Assembly (NCBI RefSeq): GCF_031769215.1
Contig: NW_026781970.1
Span: 1,426,001-1,490,000 of the forward strand
Direction: 5' to 3'
Origin: Ylistrum balloti
Taxonomy: Eukaryota
Length of the DNA: 64,000 nt
Part shown: positions 34,448 through 47,976 of the stretch, one piece after another
How the letters are laid out: each line of letters begins with the position of its first letter
Position numbering within the stretch: position 1 is the first letter of the stretch
Notes under the pieces: generated by a model
What the model was told of the DNA's origin: nothing
The model's database searches: none
The model's input: the letters and a program-made list of their open reading frames with translations, nothing else
Position numbers and translations under genes: made by a program

Positions 34448-37400
34448 CCATCTAAAATGAATTCTCGTTGTTCCTTCATATGCTTTCTTTCTGAACACGA
34501 TAAGTAATACGATTTCTCCTCTTAATTAAACGGTTGGAATTTAAAACTTACTTTTCTGATACCAATAGAGCATAAAACGCGCTGTATATTAGTAGGGACA
34601 GAATTAATTGAGGCTAGCAAAACCAAACCTAGTTGGAGACTAGGACCTACCGGCTCGGCCTCGTCGTGGAAGGCGAGCCATGATGTATAATGTTGGCTTC
34701 CAGTTCCAATCGGGTCTGTCTGAAACGTCACTCAAAGCAGTCCTGTTAATACAACGTTCACACGAAATGGCAGCCAGGGGAACACGGAGCTCTAAAACCC
34801 TAACCTAGGGAAATGTCTGCAAACTTCTCCGCTGTAAAGACATTTTCTTGGTGCAGCATTTATCTTGATATAAAAACAATATAGTTCCTACCAGAGGCGA
34901 CACAATGGGCGCTTCGATTCTTTTTGTAGAAAGAACGATCTTCTCAGCGTAACCTCGTATTGCATTATTCCAGGAGATTTTATTTAGTCACGAAGGTCAT
35001 TTTGATTCTTTTTCGGGGACGAAACGTTTTGGGAAAAGAAAACAAAACAAAAAAATAAAAGATAAAAAAAAAATAAGAGAGAGAGAAAAAATAAATTGTT
35101 CAATTTTTCACGAAAAAATATGGAATAGCACAAAATCCTTTACTTTCTACAAGTTTTATTTATGTTTAAGGGTTAACAATTTGAAATATTCTCTGCCTTG
35201 TACATTGTTACTTTGTTGTACATTAATCATATCAGCAGTTTCACTATTGTCCAGGTCGTCAAGAGGGTTTATATTTTGCGCATGCGCACACATTGTATAT
35301 AGATTATCTTCGTTATACCGGAAAGTAATTATTCAGACTGGATTCGATTTGGAACACTTCACTACGGAGATGTGTATTCTGTCACTCTCTTGATATTACC
35401 TTGACTCTACCTTCTTTTTGGTCGTAGCGTTCCGGACACTGTTGGCTCAGTGTACAGATGAACTGTATTATTTCGTAACGTTTGATTCTGTGTACACGTG
35501 AACCCTAAAATCCAAATATGTTTGTCTCGTGTACATGTGAAACCTAAGTCTGATAGTTTAATAACAGGCTGTTCAATCAGACAGAAAATCTCGGCAGATG
35601 GATCCCGTTAAGAACCAAATTTCTACAACAACCTTAGATATATTACCAAACTGATACAGACAACATAGACATTACTTCAATTTTCCTGAAAAGGAACTGG
35701 CCGACATATAAAAACCATTCAGCCGTCCTGTCGTTAAATTGATTTAGGTATTGTCGGGCTTCATTTCTCCCTTTCAACACCGGATAAACTTGTCTTTACG
35801 CTGTAAACTTTCACGACACATTCTATTAAAAATTTCGATTACTATCGCTTTTTTTCATTTCTAATGTCTCCATACCGCAGCTGCCGTTATCGCGACCAAA
35901 CAAATCTCTTAAATCCGGAACACCAACAAACTAATGAATATTTCATCTTAAAGTATTCTCAAGTTTGATTAAGCATTTTGATATCTTTCTTTGAGTTTGA
36001 GTCCAAGATTAAAAAACAAACATAAAATTGAATATTGATTATCGTGGAACTCGTTTTCCTTGGAAAAAACCAAAACTGTTTATCTGCATCCAATGACAAT
36101 TTTGTGGGGAAGCAGTGGAGCACAGGATGGTTATACCTATAAAATATGGATAAAGTAGTGATGGAAAAACCGAAAAACCGTGCAATACGATTTTAAAAAT
36201 ATGTGTTCTTTATCTTTAGGACTGAAACTATTTTTTGGTTTCTATAGATTTTTTTACTTCGGTGTATAGCTACACGTATTATCATCGCTAACAAACTGAT
36301 ATTTGATATGTGACTGTTTTTTCTTTTAAGGGTCAATGTAAATTAATCAGATTGTTTGAATTAAATGCACTAGCATTTTTTCTTTGTAATTTCCAATTGG
36401 TTGGAAAGGTTTAAATTTGGATTGTAAAGATTGATATCTTTCGACTTGACCAGTCACGATAATGTTTGTGGTCGTTTTCTTTCTATTGTCTAGATAAACC
36501 CTGTAGACACTCCGATTCCTGACGCGATTTCTCTGCTGTGGGAAAAAAGGACAAAACCAGACGGGGTTATTTTACAATGTGTTAGAACTCTTTTATCGTG
36601 GAGGTATAATTTTCCTAACCGGACAGGTACGACAGTCCCCGGTCATGTGAGAATGAGGTAATGTCCAGTAAATGTCCAGAATAACACATGAGTTATGTCA
36701 CGAGGGTGTTGATGGAGATATAACATGTCTGTTTGACCAGTCGTGATCGCAATAATTCAATGACGCATGCGCGATGACAAGTGATTACGGTAATTATGAG
36801 GTACATGGTTTATGACCTACCAGCGGGCGTGTTCTGTCTTTGAATAAGACGCTCGGCTCGGAATATTTAGTCGAAGTAGATATGTTTAATGTTTATCGAT
36901 ATGATGTTGATAACAGTTATACATATTCATACTACAAACATTTATTCTCCTTCTATTTTGTCATTCTACTTGTATATGTGTCTGCTTGTCGTGATAATGT
37001 GTTATATTACAGAGCTATATGTATGTACTGGCATCATGTTGGGTATAATAATCTCAATTGCTGTACATCTGTCAAAATAGGACACCAAACAACGACATCG
37101 AGAATTTACCCCGGGCGGTACGGCCATACTTCTGTTGTTGTCTTTTGTCGCTAAAACAATTAACATTGAAGATGTTTTTATAGATAAGAGTACTGGTAAG
37201 CAGCTAGTGTAACTTCGATCTATACATTGTGACTGTCCTATTGCCGGGAGTCAACCTCTTGGATACTACCACTGCACGACCCGTGGACTGACAGATCGTT
37301 TAAGGAGTTTCTCTATACTATGAAGAGCTGTGGCTGAAATGAAGTGATCACAGCATGATTTAGTATGATGGTTCCACCAAAAACAAATTCGCAGGCGAAA

Positions 37401-37657
37401 AATGTCATTTTTACTCTTTCAGACCAGAGTTCTTCCACATGATAATGCAATATTAAGATAAAGTATTCAAGTGATATTTTGCTATACCAGAACAGATACT
37501 GGCAATAACGATACTAATTATCATTTTTTTAATTTATTTTTATAAACACAACTTATATATGATTACAAACATGACATTTCGATGACCTATTTTAAGTTTT
37601 GTTGTTGATCATGTTAAATTACATGCATCAGTAAATCTGATAGACATTGATATGGTG

Positions 37658-38284
37658 ACAGGTCGATTTACAGGTTTATATTATAATAGACAGTGGTACG
37701 GTACCATGAAAGGTTTACAAGTTTGTATTGTAAGAGACAGTGGAACGGCTTACACAGGTCGGTGTACAAGTTTGTATCATAATAGAAAGTGGTACGGCTA
37801 ACACAGGTCGGTATACAAATTTGTATTATATTAGAAAGTGGTACGGTAAACACAGGTCGGTACAAGCTTGTATTATATTAGAAAGTGGTGCGGTTAACAC
37901 AGGTTGGTATACAAAGTATTATATTAGAAAGTGGTACGGTTAACACAGGTTGGTATAAAAGTTTGTATTATATTAGAAAGTGGTAGGGTTAACACAGGTC
38001 GGTATACAAATTTGTATTATATTAGACAGTGGTACGGTTAACACAGATCTGTATACAAATTTGTATTATATTAAAAAGTGGTACGCTTAACACAGGTCGG
38101 TATAAAAGTTTGTATTATAATAGACAGTGGTAGGGTTAACACAGGTCGGTATACAAGTTTGTATTATATTAGAAAGTGGTGCGGTTAACACAGGTCGGTA
38201 TACAAGTTTTTATTATATAAGAGAGTGGTACGGTTAACACAGGTCGGTATACAAGTTTGTATTATATTAGACAGTGGTACGGTT
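37658..38284. repeat. Minisatellite, 49-bp unit, about 12.8 copies (ACACAGGTCGGTATACAAGTTTGTATTATATTAGAAAGTGGTACGGTTA)
   Basis: The period is read directly (ACACAGGTCG at 37801 and 37850). The leftmost two units are degenerate. Confidence 0.95.
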
Positions 38285-39542
38285 TAAACATTTGTGATTT
38301 TAATTTATTAATCGTGGTTATATTTAAACGTAAAGCTACGTCAAACACGAAGATTTGTTTAATAGAGGCCAGTGTCGAGGCGAAAGCAGAGCGATTGTGG
38401 ATATAAAATATTGAAATAATCCAAATATTGAGACCAATTCAGAAATGGGAAACTGGACTCTCGCCATCAATACCACTGGTACTCTCGTAATTAAATCCAT
38501 CTAGAAGCCTCATACCGCTTTGTCAGCTCCGAACCTGACAGAACCCGCGAGTTATACTAATCACCTTCTGATAACCGGACCGTTTTTTCCGGATCTGTGA
38601 CCGGTCCATTGACATGCCGATATCTTGTTCGACTGTCTCGGAGCTTGGCTGTCAGGAGAGGCGTTATCGACCCTAAATTACCGTGTGTCTTGGCAGTGTC
38701 AAAGTTACGATAGGGTCATGATAAGTATTGGACCAACATGCGGATTTAGATTTGTAGCATTACTGCAATTGGATGATATACGATACATTGACGCGACTGA
38801 TCGCCATGTCCGTGCACGTGCCGGCCTAATTGGTCAGTCTGCTTGATCCCCTCGAAGACAAGACTTCAGATTAACGGTTGACTGGAACGTTTCTTTTCCA
38901 TTTAGATGGCCCCATTTTGTTGTCAATGACCTCGTCGTGAAACACGCGCATGAGATCATCTATCCATAACGTACACATACTGGGTTTTTCTTTGGATCAT
39001 TTTTTTTTGCGGTTTTGCGGATGGTTTAGATTTAAAAGAAGAATTTAAAATCATTGAAATGGACTAGGATTTTTTCTTTAAAATATGCTGTTGAAATGAT
39101 ATTATTTCCAAAGGGTCTATATTTGTTTATTTTATTCCGTCCTCGAAAAAGGGGAACATTAAATTATCTCGGAAAAAACAACTTTTACAGTATGTAATTA
39201 AACCCTATTAAATACCAATTTTCTATTCACTATAGTAATAATTGGGAACTTTATGCTAAAGGAAATGTAGTATTAACCAGAACTATCAAGAAAACCATTA
39301 GACTTCGCTCTTCGATGGAAATTCAACATGTGAAATCCTAAAAACGAGATAAAATCGGAGAGTCAACAGCGTATTTGATTACTAAGGTTTGTGTAAAGGA
39401 TTTTCAACGATTGTGGTTGTTAATATTCATTTATAATATTTGGACCAACGATGTTAATAAGTGAATGAATAAATATTGTGTCTCGCTTTGCGGTAGATCC
39501 AGGTATTGCCTAGGATCAATGTTTATGGACAATGTTTCGAAT

Positions 39543-40278
39543 ATTCACGGCAAGGTTGTTAACGTCCACGTGTTCCGCTACACCGGTAAGTACATGTAAT
39601 CCACGGCAAGGTTGTAAACGTCCATGTGTTCCGCTACACCGGTAGGTACTTGTTATTCACGGCAAGGTTGTTAACGTTTACGTGTTCCGCTACACCGGTA
39701 GGTACATGTAATTCACGGCAAGGTTGTTAACGTCCACGTGTTCCGCTACACTGGTAGGTACTTGTTATTCACGGCAAGGTTGTAAACGTCCACGTGTTCC
39801 ACTACACCGGTAGGTACTTGTTATTCACGGCAAGGTTGTAAACGTCCATGTGTTCCGCTACACCGGTAGGTACTTGTTATTCACGGCCAGGTTGTAAACG
39901 TCCATGTGTTCCGCTACACCGGTAGGTACTTGTTATTCACGGCAAGGTTGTAAACGTCCATGTGTTCCGCTACACCGGTAGGTACTTGTTATTCACGGCA
40001 AGGTTGTAAACGTCCATGTGTTCCGCTACACCGGTAGGTACTTGTTATTCACGGCAAGGTTGTAAACGTCCACGTGTTCCACTACACCGGTAGGTACTTG
40101 TTATTCACGGCAAGGTTGTAAACGTCCATGTGTTCCGCTACACCGGTAGGTACTTGTTATTCACGGCCAGGTTGTAAACGTCCATGTGTTCCGCTACACC
40201 GGTAGGTACTTGTTATTCACGGCAAGGTTGTAAACGTCCACGTGTTCCACTACACCGGTAGGTACATGTTATTCACGG
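39543..40278. repeat. Minisatellite, 56-bp unit, 13 copies (ATTCACGGCAAGGTTGTAAACGTCCATGTGTTCCGCTACACCGGTAGGTACTTGTT)
   Basis: Exact 56-bp period with no indels. Diagnostic variants recur 280 bp (5 units) apart. Confidence 0.97.
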
Positions 40279-42029
40279 TAATGCTTCGCCTGCTCTGCCA
40301 CAACGATTTCCATTATTCATTACAATATTTTGATATCTATCTACACGATTCACATTTAATTGTGCTGTGTCGTCCTTATTTGAATATTTTATAACATCTT
40401 CGCGCCTGAACCTCATGGCAGAACATTTATCCTCAGAAGCTTGAAATACATTTTAATTATGTATAGCACCAAGCGTTTGTTCTGCCCTTGAAGTTTAATT
40501 GCCATTTTCTAATGCCATACATGGATATGACCGTTAGAGAATTCCCAGAGGAATGGAACAACTAAAACGGAACTGTTATTCAAATCAAACACCATTTAAT
40601 ATAACTTGTTATGTGAGAGGTAACTTCTGGTACGTTTAAAACAACCTTTCATAGTCTTCATCAATTATAGGAATTAATTATATTCGGACTTAATGAATCG
40701 AAAGATACCAATTTCAAACTTTATTGTCCCTAAATAATTTATTATTGCATTGTAGCACAATGATACTCTTCATTTATATTGTTTCAGTTAGAATAATTTA
40801 GCAATTTTGAAAAGAATACCCTTAATTTCCATTTGAATCAGAACGGAAATGAGCACTCTATCGAACTATGGACTTCATAAAACTGTATATAGAAATACTG
40901 GTTACTGAGCTGTAGAATTCTTGTTTATTTTGAAGTAAAAGCGATTTCAATAAGAATTAATTAATTTTCTTTTGGTAAACATACATCAGATGTCTTTGAT
41001 ACTTGTTTCTAAATAATTTGCGAACTTAAGTAATACATATTCTTTTTGATCCATGATGTGCAGAGCATAGGTAATAATCTATAACGTATTGTCATTTATT
41101 TACATCGTTTCCAAGTTTCCGTTTTTCCGAAACTCTCGCCTTCCGAATCTATTCTCAGCAACTGCAATATATTTCATTGAATTTGTATCGGTTATTCAAG
41201 AAGCAGTTGTGATAGCGAAATTGTCCAGACTGGGAGTAACGATTTGATATACTCTGTTTATTTGAAATTGGAATTAAGTCTCTTATTATTATCATTATTA
41301 TTTGAATACTGATAATTTTGATTCACGCGCTTAAATTATAAAATATCGAGAAAATTGGTCTTGTTCGATGTAAGTCATATACGATCAAATTGTGCAAGAA
41401 TGCCTCTTTCCGTTGAACCAATTTATTGCTTCGAACAGTGGTGTTTCGCTTTCTTGTTCAGAAGAATGTCACTTTTACCAACAATGGCCTTTCTAGACGA
41501 GCTATAACGTCAACACACGTCGAATATTGGGCTCAAAACCTTTGACATTTTGATTTGTAATAATGGGGCGAATTATTGTCGGGGTTGAGGCGGTACGGAC
41601 CCAACTAATTAACTGTGGAAGTCTCGGGAGGGAGACAAGTTCTGCCCTTGTCATCGGTTGTTTGGAGAAAACACGTGACCAACACAACGTCCAATACCGT
41701 GAAATTGATGATAAGAACACAGCATTGTGACAACCTGCATGTTGTTTAGATAGCACGAGCAGTTTGGAATTGATGACGCGACAGATATACGTAATAATTT
41801 GTGATAAAGATAATTAATTAATAACGTGTACACTGACTTGATTAACTTTAAATTACTCCTCTACAGTTAAACTGTACAGACAAATGCATGCGTAGGTTAA
41901 ACAATACCATGCTCATTCATTTGAAATAGTCACAAAATATATTATACTTATATAGAACATGAAATGGAATTCAAATGACTCATTATTGTCAGTTTCTGCA
42001 ATTTCAGTATTTATGTGATATCAAAATTG

Positions 42030-42030
<1 letters not shown>

Positions 42031-42108
<78 letters not shown>
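42031..42108. repeat. (GTT)26 microsatellite with a degenerate trinucleotide tail to about 42200
   Basis: 78-bp pure run. Confidence 0.97.
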
Positions 42109-43041
42109 AATGTTGTTGACATTGTTGCTCTTATCATAATCGTTGTTGTTTCTGCTGTTGCCATCGTTACCATCGCCGTCGTTGTTGTCGCTGATGTTGT
42201 TTTAAGTCCTTACGTCATCAATTGTCGTATAAAACTGTGCTTAACGAAAAACTGCTTCGGCAGAAAATATCAGTAAATGAGAAGGTAAAACACACAAGGT
42301 AGATACCAATTGATCATACATTTATTGCTGTCAAAGCAGATGATTCTTTCACAAAAACCACTCTTAAAAAACACGGGTACAAGATGTTGTCAGTGTATAA
42401 TTTCACTCCATGAACTTGAACTTGTGAAATTTGAACAGATTTTTTTTTATATATTGTCGTGTTTACTAGTATAATCCATGGTCACTTTTATATCAGAAGA
42501 CAGTTTTTAATTTTTGAGAAATGAAGAAAATCATAGTGAGTTCCAGTAAGGTGATCTAAGATAAAGATGATGTGCACACGTTTGGAAAGTTTCATTATGT
42601 AAGACAATTAATTTCAGTGAGTACTAATTAATTCATTCTGGTTATAACCGTTGCCTAGAAATGATTTGTTGTTCTGGGGGATTGAGACAGATTGCTGTCG
42701 CCAATTTGTCCTATTTAATTGTTAGGTCCTGACTGCACATGTGACCTTCCCAAAAAACACATAATCTGTGTCCAGTCATGACACTTGAGTGTGATGAGAA
42801 CATAAATAAAATGCCAGTGATTGTAGGAGACCTATCTATAGAGACATTTGGTAAAGACCATTAAAACAATCAGAACAGAAATCTTTCAACATGGGAACAG
42901 TAGCATTTTAGGTTTTAGAATAGTATGTGTATAGGCGGATCTTGTAGGATCGGATACGTACAATAATTTGATTACGGAATTTGTTAATTCGTATTCTCCA
43001 AAAAAGGGTACGGTTATTGTTTTATGACTGTTGATCTTCTC

Positions 43042-43042
<1 letters not shown>

Positions 43043-43111
<69 letters not shown>
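43043..43111. repeat. (GTT)23 microsatellite
   Basis: 69-bp pure run. Confidence 0.97.
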
Positions 43112-43192
43112 GCTGTTAATGTTTAATTTTACATTTGTATGCATATTTTGATTCATTCCTGCTCATTGTTTGATATTTTTACATTGTAAATT

Positions 43193-43200
43193 TCTATCTA

Positions 43201-43232
<32 letters not shown>
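43193..43232. repeat. (TCTA)2(TCTG)7 compound microsatellite
   Basis: Read directly. Confidence 0.9.
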
Positions 43233-43233
<1 letters not shown>

Positions 43234-44039
43234 TGTTTTATTTATAATTTGTGTTGGTTTATTTTTTGTTTGTATGTTCAGTGTTAATTTAGTAGTTAAT
43301 TAATTTCTGTCTGTTTGTCTGCTTTTTTTTATCTGTTTGTTAAATGTAGCAACTGCTAGGTAAGATAAAGAACCTCTCAGAGACGTCTCATTATCCGATC
43401 ACGGTAAGACCACAACCCTATCTGTCACACCGAGGTAATCACATGTTGTGAAAAGGTGCAAACAGAAGAAAACGCCAATGATAGAGAATAGCATAGTAAA
43501 ACATGAAGACTCGCCCTGTATGTCTACTCTCTTAGTGACAATAGACTATTTTGTACCTTTGTTTCAAACATACAACGTTTGTGATATCATTAATATATTT
43601 TCATGACATTACTTAGAAACACAGCGAAGCATTTACATATACACAAAAAAATCCCGTGTTTGTAAAGCAACATGAACACAAATTTGAAACGAATATGATA
43701 TAAACAGTTCCCTATTGCTCTACAGAATCAGCTGTCAACGTTGTCCTTCAATCGTGTTGGAAATGTACACGAAGGCACGGCGATATTTTCATATACGATA
43801 ATAAAATGTATTTTGCTGCCGTTGGTTGGCATACGTGTATGAAAGTCTGATTACAAGCTCCCGTCTATGTGAGACCAGCATGCCCAGTATTCCTGCCAAA
43901 TTCTATGATACGAAGCGCTACTGTGCCAGGCGTTGAATATGATAACACTATATAGACCCTCTAGGACCCATTCTCTGTTGGTATGATGCACAGAAATGCT
44001 GCAGAATTACTACTGTGTTGATATGTTCGAGCTCGTCTC

Positions 44040-44677
44040 AGGTCGGGGCATATTGCTAGGTGGTTCTGATAAAGAGGACCTGGGGAATATAAACAAACAT
44101 CTTGTGTCTGAGGTGGGGGTTTAAACAGGATGGACCTGGAAGTGTAGGTGGGGGGACAAAGAGGGCCAAAGGGGGCGGGGAATTGCTGTGAAAACTAGAA
44201 GGAAGATATGAGGAAAGCAGAGATGAGGCTAGAACAAAATGGACAGTGTAATTCAAATCGGGAAAGCGGGCAGATTATGAATTGTTGAATACAGGGCAAA
44301 ATAGAAAAAAAGCTAGGGGATAAGACAAGAAACGAAAGTTAGAGTGACGAAGCAGAAAACAGTACCGCGGACGGCAGCTAGGGAACCTGTACGGAGCTGA
44401 CGCGAAAAGGGGCGATTTAGGAGAGTAAAACTAGGGATGAAGGCAGTTAAAGAGGAATGGGGATGAGAATAAGACACGGTTGCAAATTTTTATAGTGGTA
44501 AGAAATGTGCTTAGTCGAGGATATGTGAGTATTTGGTTTACAGAGAAAGTAGTTGACAATAACGTGATGTCGTTAACACAAAGTAATGCTTTACTGAGGA
44601 GGTACAGAATATCAACCCACTTGAGTAAGCAAAATATATGACCATCGATACACGAGCTAGCCTGAAGAAGGCGTACT
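44040..44677 (+). mobile_element. GC-rich, purine-skewed insertion; possibly the 3' non-coding end of a Penelope-like element
   Basis: Composition shifts sharply relative to the flanks, with G/A-rich + strand. A GGGLNR-like peptide appears near 44112-44129, and the segment ends in CTGAAGAAGGC...GTCG (44662-44680), resembling a truncated hammerhead core. No RT or GIY-YIG ORF is visible. Confidence 0.3.
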
Positions 44678-47600
44678 GTTGTCGTTGTTATTGTGTGACA
44701 CTGTTTACTATTCGTTTAACAAAGCTAGAATGATAATATCCGCACTCGAGTAAGATTATATCTTCCGGAATTGGATAAAATATTAAGAGCTAGAATTTGC
44801 CTGATTTCTTTTATATGCTAGGTGACCTTATTTATTTATCACCGTATTGTAGATATGTGAGAAAAGGCGGTGCTTGTCTATAAAATATCCATAGATATGT
44901 GCTTTTTTGTTACAATGCGTGTCATTTTAATTATGAATACTGTCGTTATATTAAATATGTAACAGAGAAACATCTCAGGATTAAGAGTGCTTCTGGTGCC
45001 TCGAGCATAATATCGCTGCGATTCTGTTCTTCTTTTTGTTCTTGTTAAATACACATTTTTGAAATGTAATAATCTACTTTGTGCTCGAGAACTAAAAGTC
45101 TGCGTCATAAAAAATTCTAATATTCCATTGCTTTTCCAAATTCATCTTAACTAAAGATAATGTATGCCTTGAGCGAATTCTATACCCGGTACATTTTTAC
45201 CACAACGAAATCATTGAACCTAAAATAACCCATCAAAATTATACACAAAAACGTTAGTTTTCATCAAATTACCAATATCTGAAAAATATAATATGTTTTA
45301 TCAACAAAGCGATGAAGTACTTAAACACAAAAAGGGTACCCTCCTAAATAGTTCAAGATACCATAATGTAACACATACAATACTGTTCCTTAACTAATCC
45401 TATCAGGAATGTTATTTAACTGTGTAATACGTAACTCCTCTGTTCTATAATTAATGAGGAATGTTTACGCACGTAGAGTCAGTTCTACCCTCCTGTATTA
45501 CATGGCAAACAATAAGATGGAATAATAGTTATTTGTATAAATAAACGACTTTGATAAAGTCTTTCCAGACGTTTTCTTCTACCAATAGACCAAGCTAGAA
45601 TTGTCATAACGTCAAATTACCTTATCGTATGATATAGGTTCATGGGATGGAAATGCTGTAGGTTATTAACCGAAAGATAAATGGACTTGATAAATCATGA
45701 ATTTTCGTGGGTATTTTTTTCCTGAATTCCGTGAGTACTCTTAATCAACTGGTCATAAACTGTTAAAAACTTGACATGAATATGAAATAGTAATGGATGT
45801 CTTATTTTCACAGAATTAAGTGTGTACGATATGGAAATACATGTATTGTAAAAACCCTCAAAATATGAGCCCGATAAAAATACGATTTTGCAATGAAGTG
45901 TCTGACGAAGCTGGTTACTTCAGCTTTTCAGCATTCAGTCGCCATTTCCCACACATTTTTAATATAAAGAATTGTGTATCTCTGTCTGGTTTCTTTTCTT
46001 CCTCTGGTATGAAAAAAAAATCAGTTCTTAATAAATTCTAACGACAAATAAAAAGACCATTTAGTAATTCTAGATGGCAAATGGTTGAAATGCAGAAAGA
46101 AAAATTTGAAAGTCTCGGAATAATTGTTTTTATTTCGAAAAGAAGGTGCAATACAAAGTGTAATTAGAAATATGAATGAATAGCCTTATATCGAGGTCAT
46201 TATTTTTCGTTATCACATTCCATATCATATCTAATAGGCATGAGACAGAACGACAGAACGATCATCATATGATATAAAACAATTGACCAAATTGTTGGAG
46301 TGTATACACAGAGTTGTGTGGCCTGGTGTTATATATACAGAAGTTGGTAACGGACGTGCAGAATGAAGCAATGCACATGTAAACAAACATAAGGTATTGA
46401 CGCACGATAAAATGTTTATGTACCGGACAAAAGAAACAGTCCACGTTTGTTTACGCTATCGAAACTCAACCCCTGTAAACGCTATGTAATTAACACTACC
46501 AAGATATTGGGGATGACTAGAGTTGGTTAGGACTTATTAAAGACGGGAGGCGATAATCAGGTCACGCGGAGGGCTATATTATCATTTGGCATCCAAGTGA
46601 TCGCCAGCGGATGTCTGGCGTTATGGTGAACTTGCATATGTCTGTAGTCCGTAATTATCGTATGTGCCGTGAATTAAAAAGCGTATGTGTTGGCAGAGTC
46701 AAGTGTCTATTTATGTGAATGTGTATACAAATATTTGTATTACATATCGTCTTGCATGATGTCTAGATGACACATACACGTGTGTATTAAAACTAGTATT
46801 CTGTTACTTTCATTATTGGATTATCAGTGTTATTGCTGGTGCGTTCTGTTATCTCTGACTGGTACTGCTGTTTTGCAAGTCGACAGTTAATAAAGGAAAC
46901 AGTTTCGCACATGACACACCGTTAAGATTTTTGTATTTACTGTGTCATTTCACTGTAGAACGAAATTTGTCATGGATGTCGACAGCTGACGGGAAATCCA
47001 GCAACACTAGATTTCGTGGGCTAAACTTTGACGGAAACTTTGGAAATTTGTCATGGTCGTAAGCATGCTGTAACTGTAAAAATAATTTCCTTGTATGAGC
47101 GTTGTAATCTATAGAAGTTTTGTTTTTGACCCGATTCTTTGTTTAGGAACGTGATATTTACATGACCGAGTTTTACATTGTATGTTGTTGCATCAGAAGA
47201 CGCCGATCTAGAACGCCTGGTTTTATTCTTAAACATAACAATTAATTTATATATCCTTTCTTTGTTCATTTTATGTATGTATCCCTACTGCTCTTTCGGT
47301 TACAGGCTGAATTCGCGAGCTTAACTAACGAACAAAGGACAAGAGTATTTCATATTATTTATGACTCGATTATCAAAAATGTAGTTCTGAATTTTGCTTG
47401 ATCGAATTCTTTTTCGAAATATTTCAAAATATTGTCAGTAAAATTATGATGTACAGGAAATTACAGCCACAAAGTGACAAATAGCTCCGAGGTCATTCGA
47501 ACTAAATATCATAAACGGGGGCCTATACATGCACAATGTAGTGTATATTGATAAATAACAGAAAAAAGTTAACTCGAGAAAAGTACACTTGAAAGGAAGC

Positions 47601-47976
47601 TTCATATTCATTAATAGAAAACATCATATTCTAATATGTTTATAAAGTTTTCCTATGTATTTCAATTTTTGACTTGCAATAAATCTTGTTTTGACAAGAT
47701 TATTTTGAAGACGTTTTTTCACGAACAAGGTCATTCTATCTACTGATTAGTCATTGATAAACGTTTCGATCTTGCATCTGGTTCCAAAGACAAATTAAAC
47801 TCCATGTCTTTCCTAGTATCAAATTTTTCAATAAAGCGAACTAGAAAGATAACGATAATAAAATGTATGTTAACAGAATCTTTATTCAGAGTCAAAGTCG
47901 ATAAACTAGGGCAAAATAAAACCTATACATGAGCAAAAGACAAAAAACACACAGGGACCACTGAAGAATAAGACCA

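Noticed and set aside
36498-36507. Matches to miRNA 5' ends (miR-10 ACCCTGTAGA here; bantam TGAGATCAT at 38951; miR-124 TAAGGCAC at 262)
   Set aside because: Only 8-10 nt match, the 3' halves diverge, and no precursor hairpin forms.
39543-40278. Regular arrays (also 15405-16690, 37658-38284 and 58985-62796) as CRISPR
   Set aside because: Units are head-to-tail with no unique spacers, there are no cas genes, and the context is an intron-containing eukaryotic locus.
42001-42203. Asn/Asp/Gly-rich minus frame resembling shell-matrix proteins
   Set aside because: It is bounded by stops, has no start or acceptor, and is explained by the (GTT)n tract and its degenerate halo.
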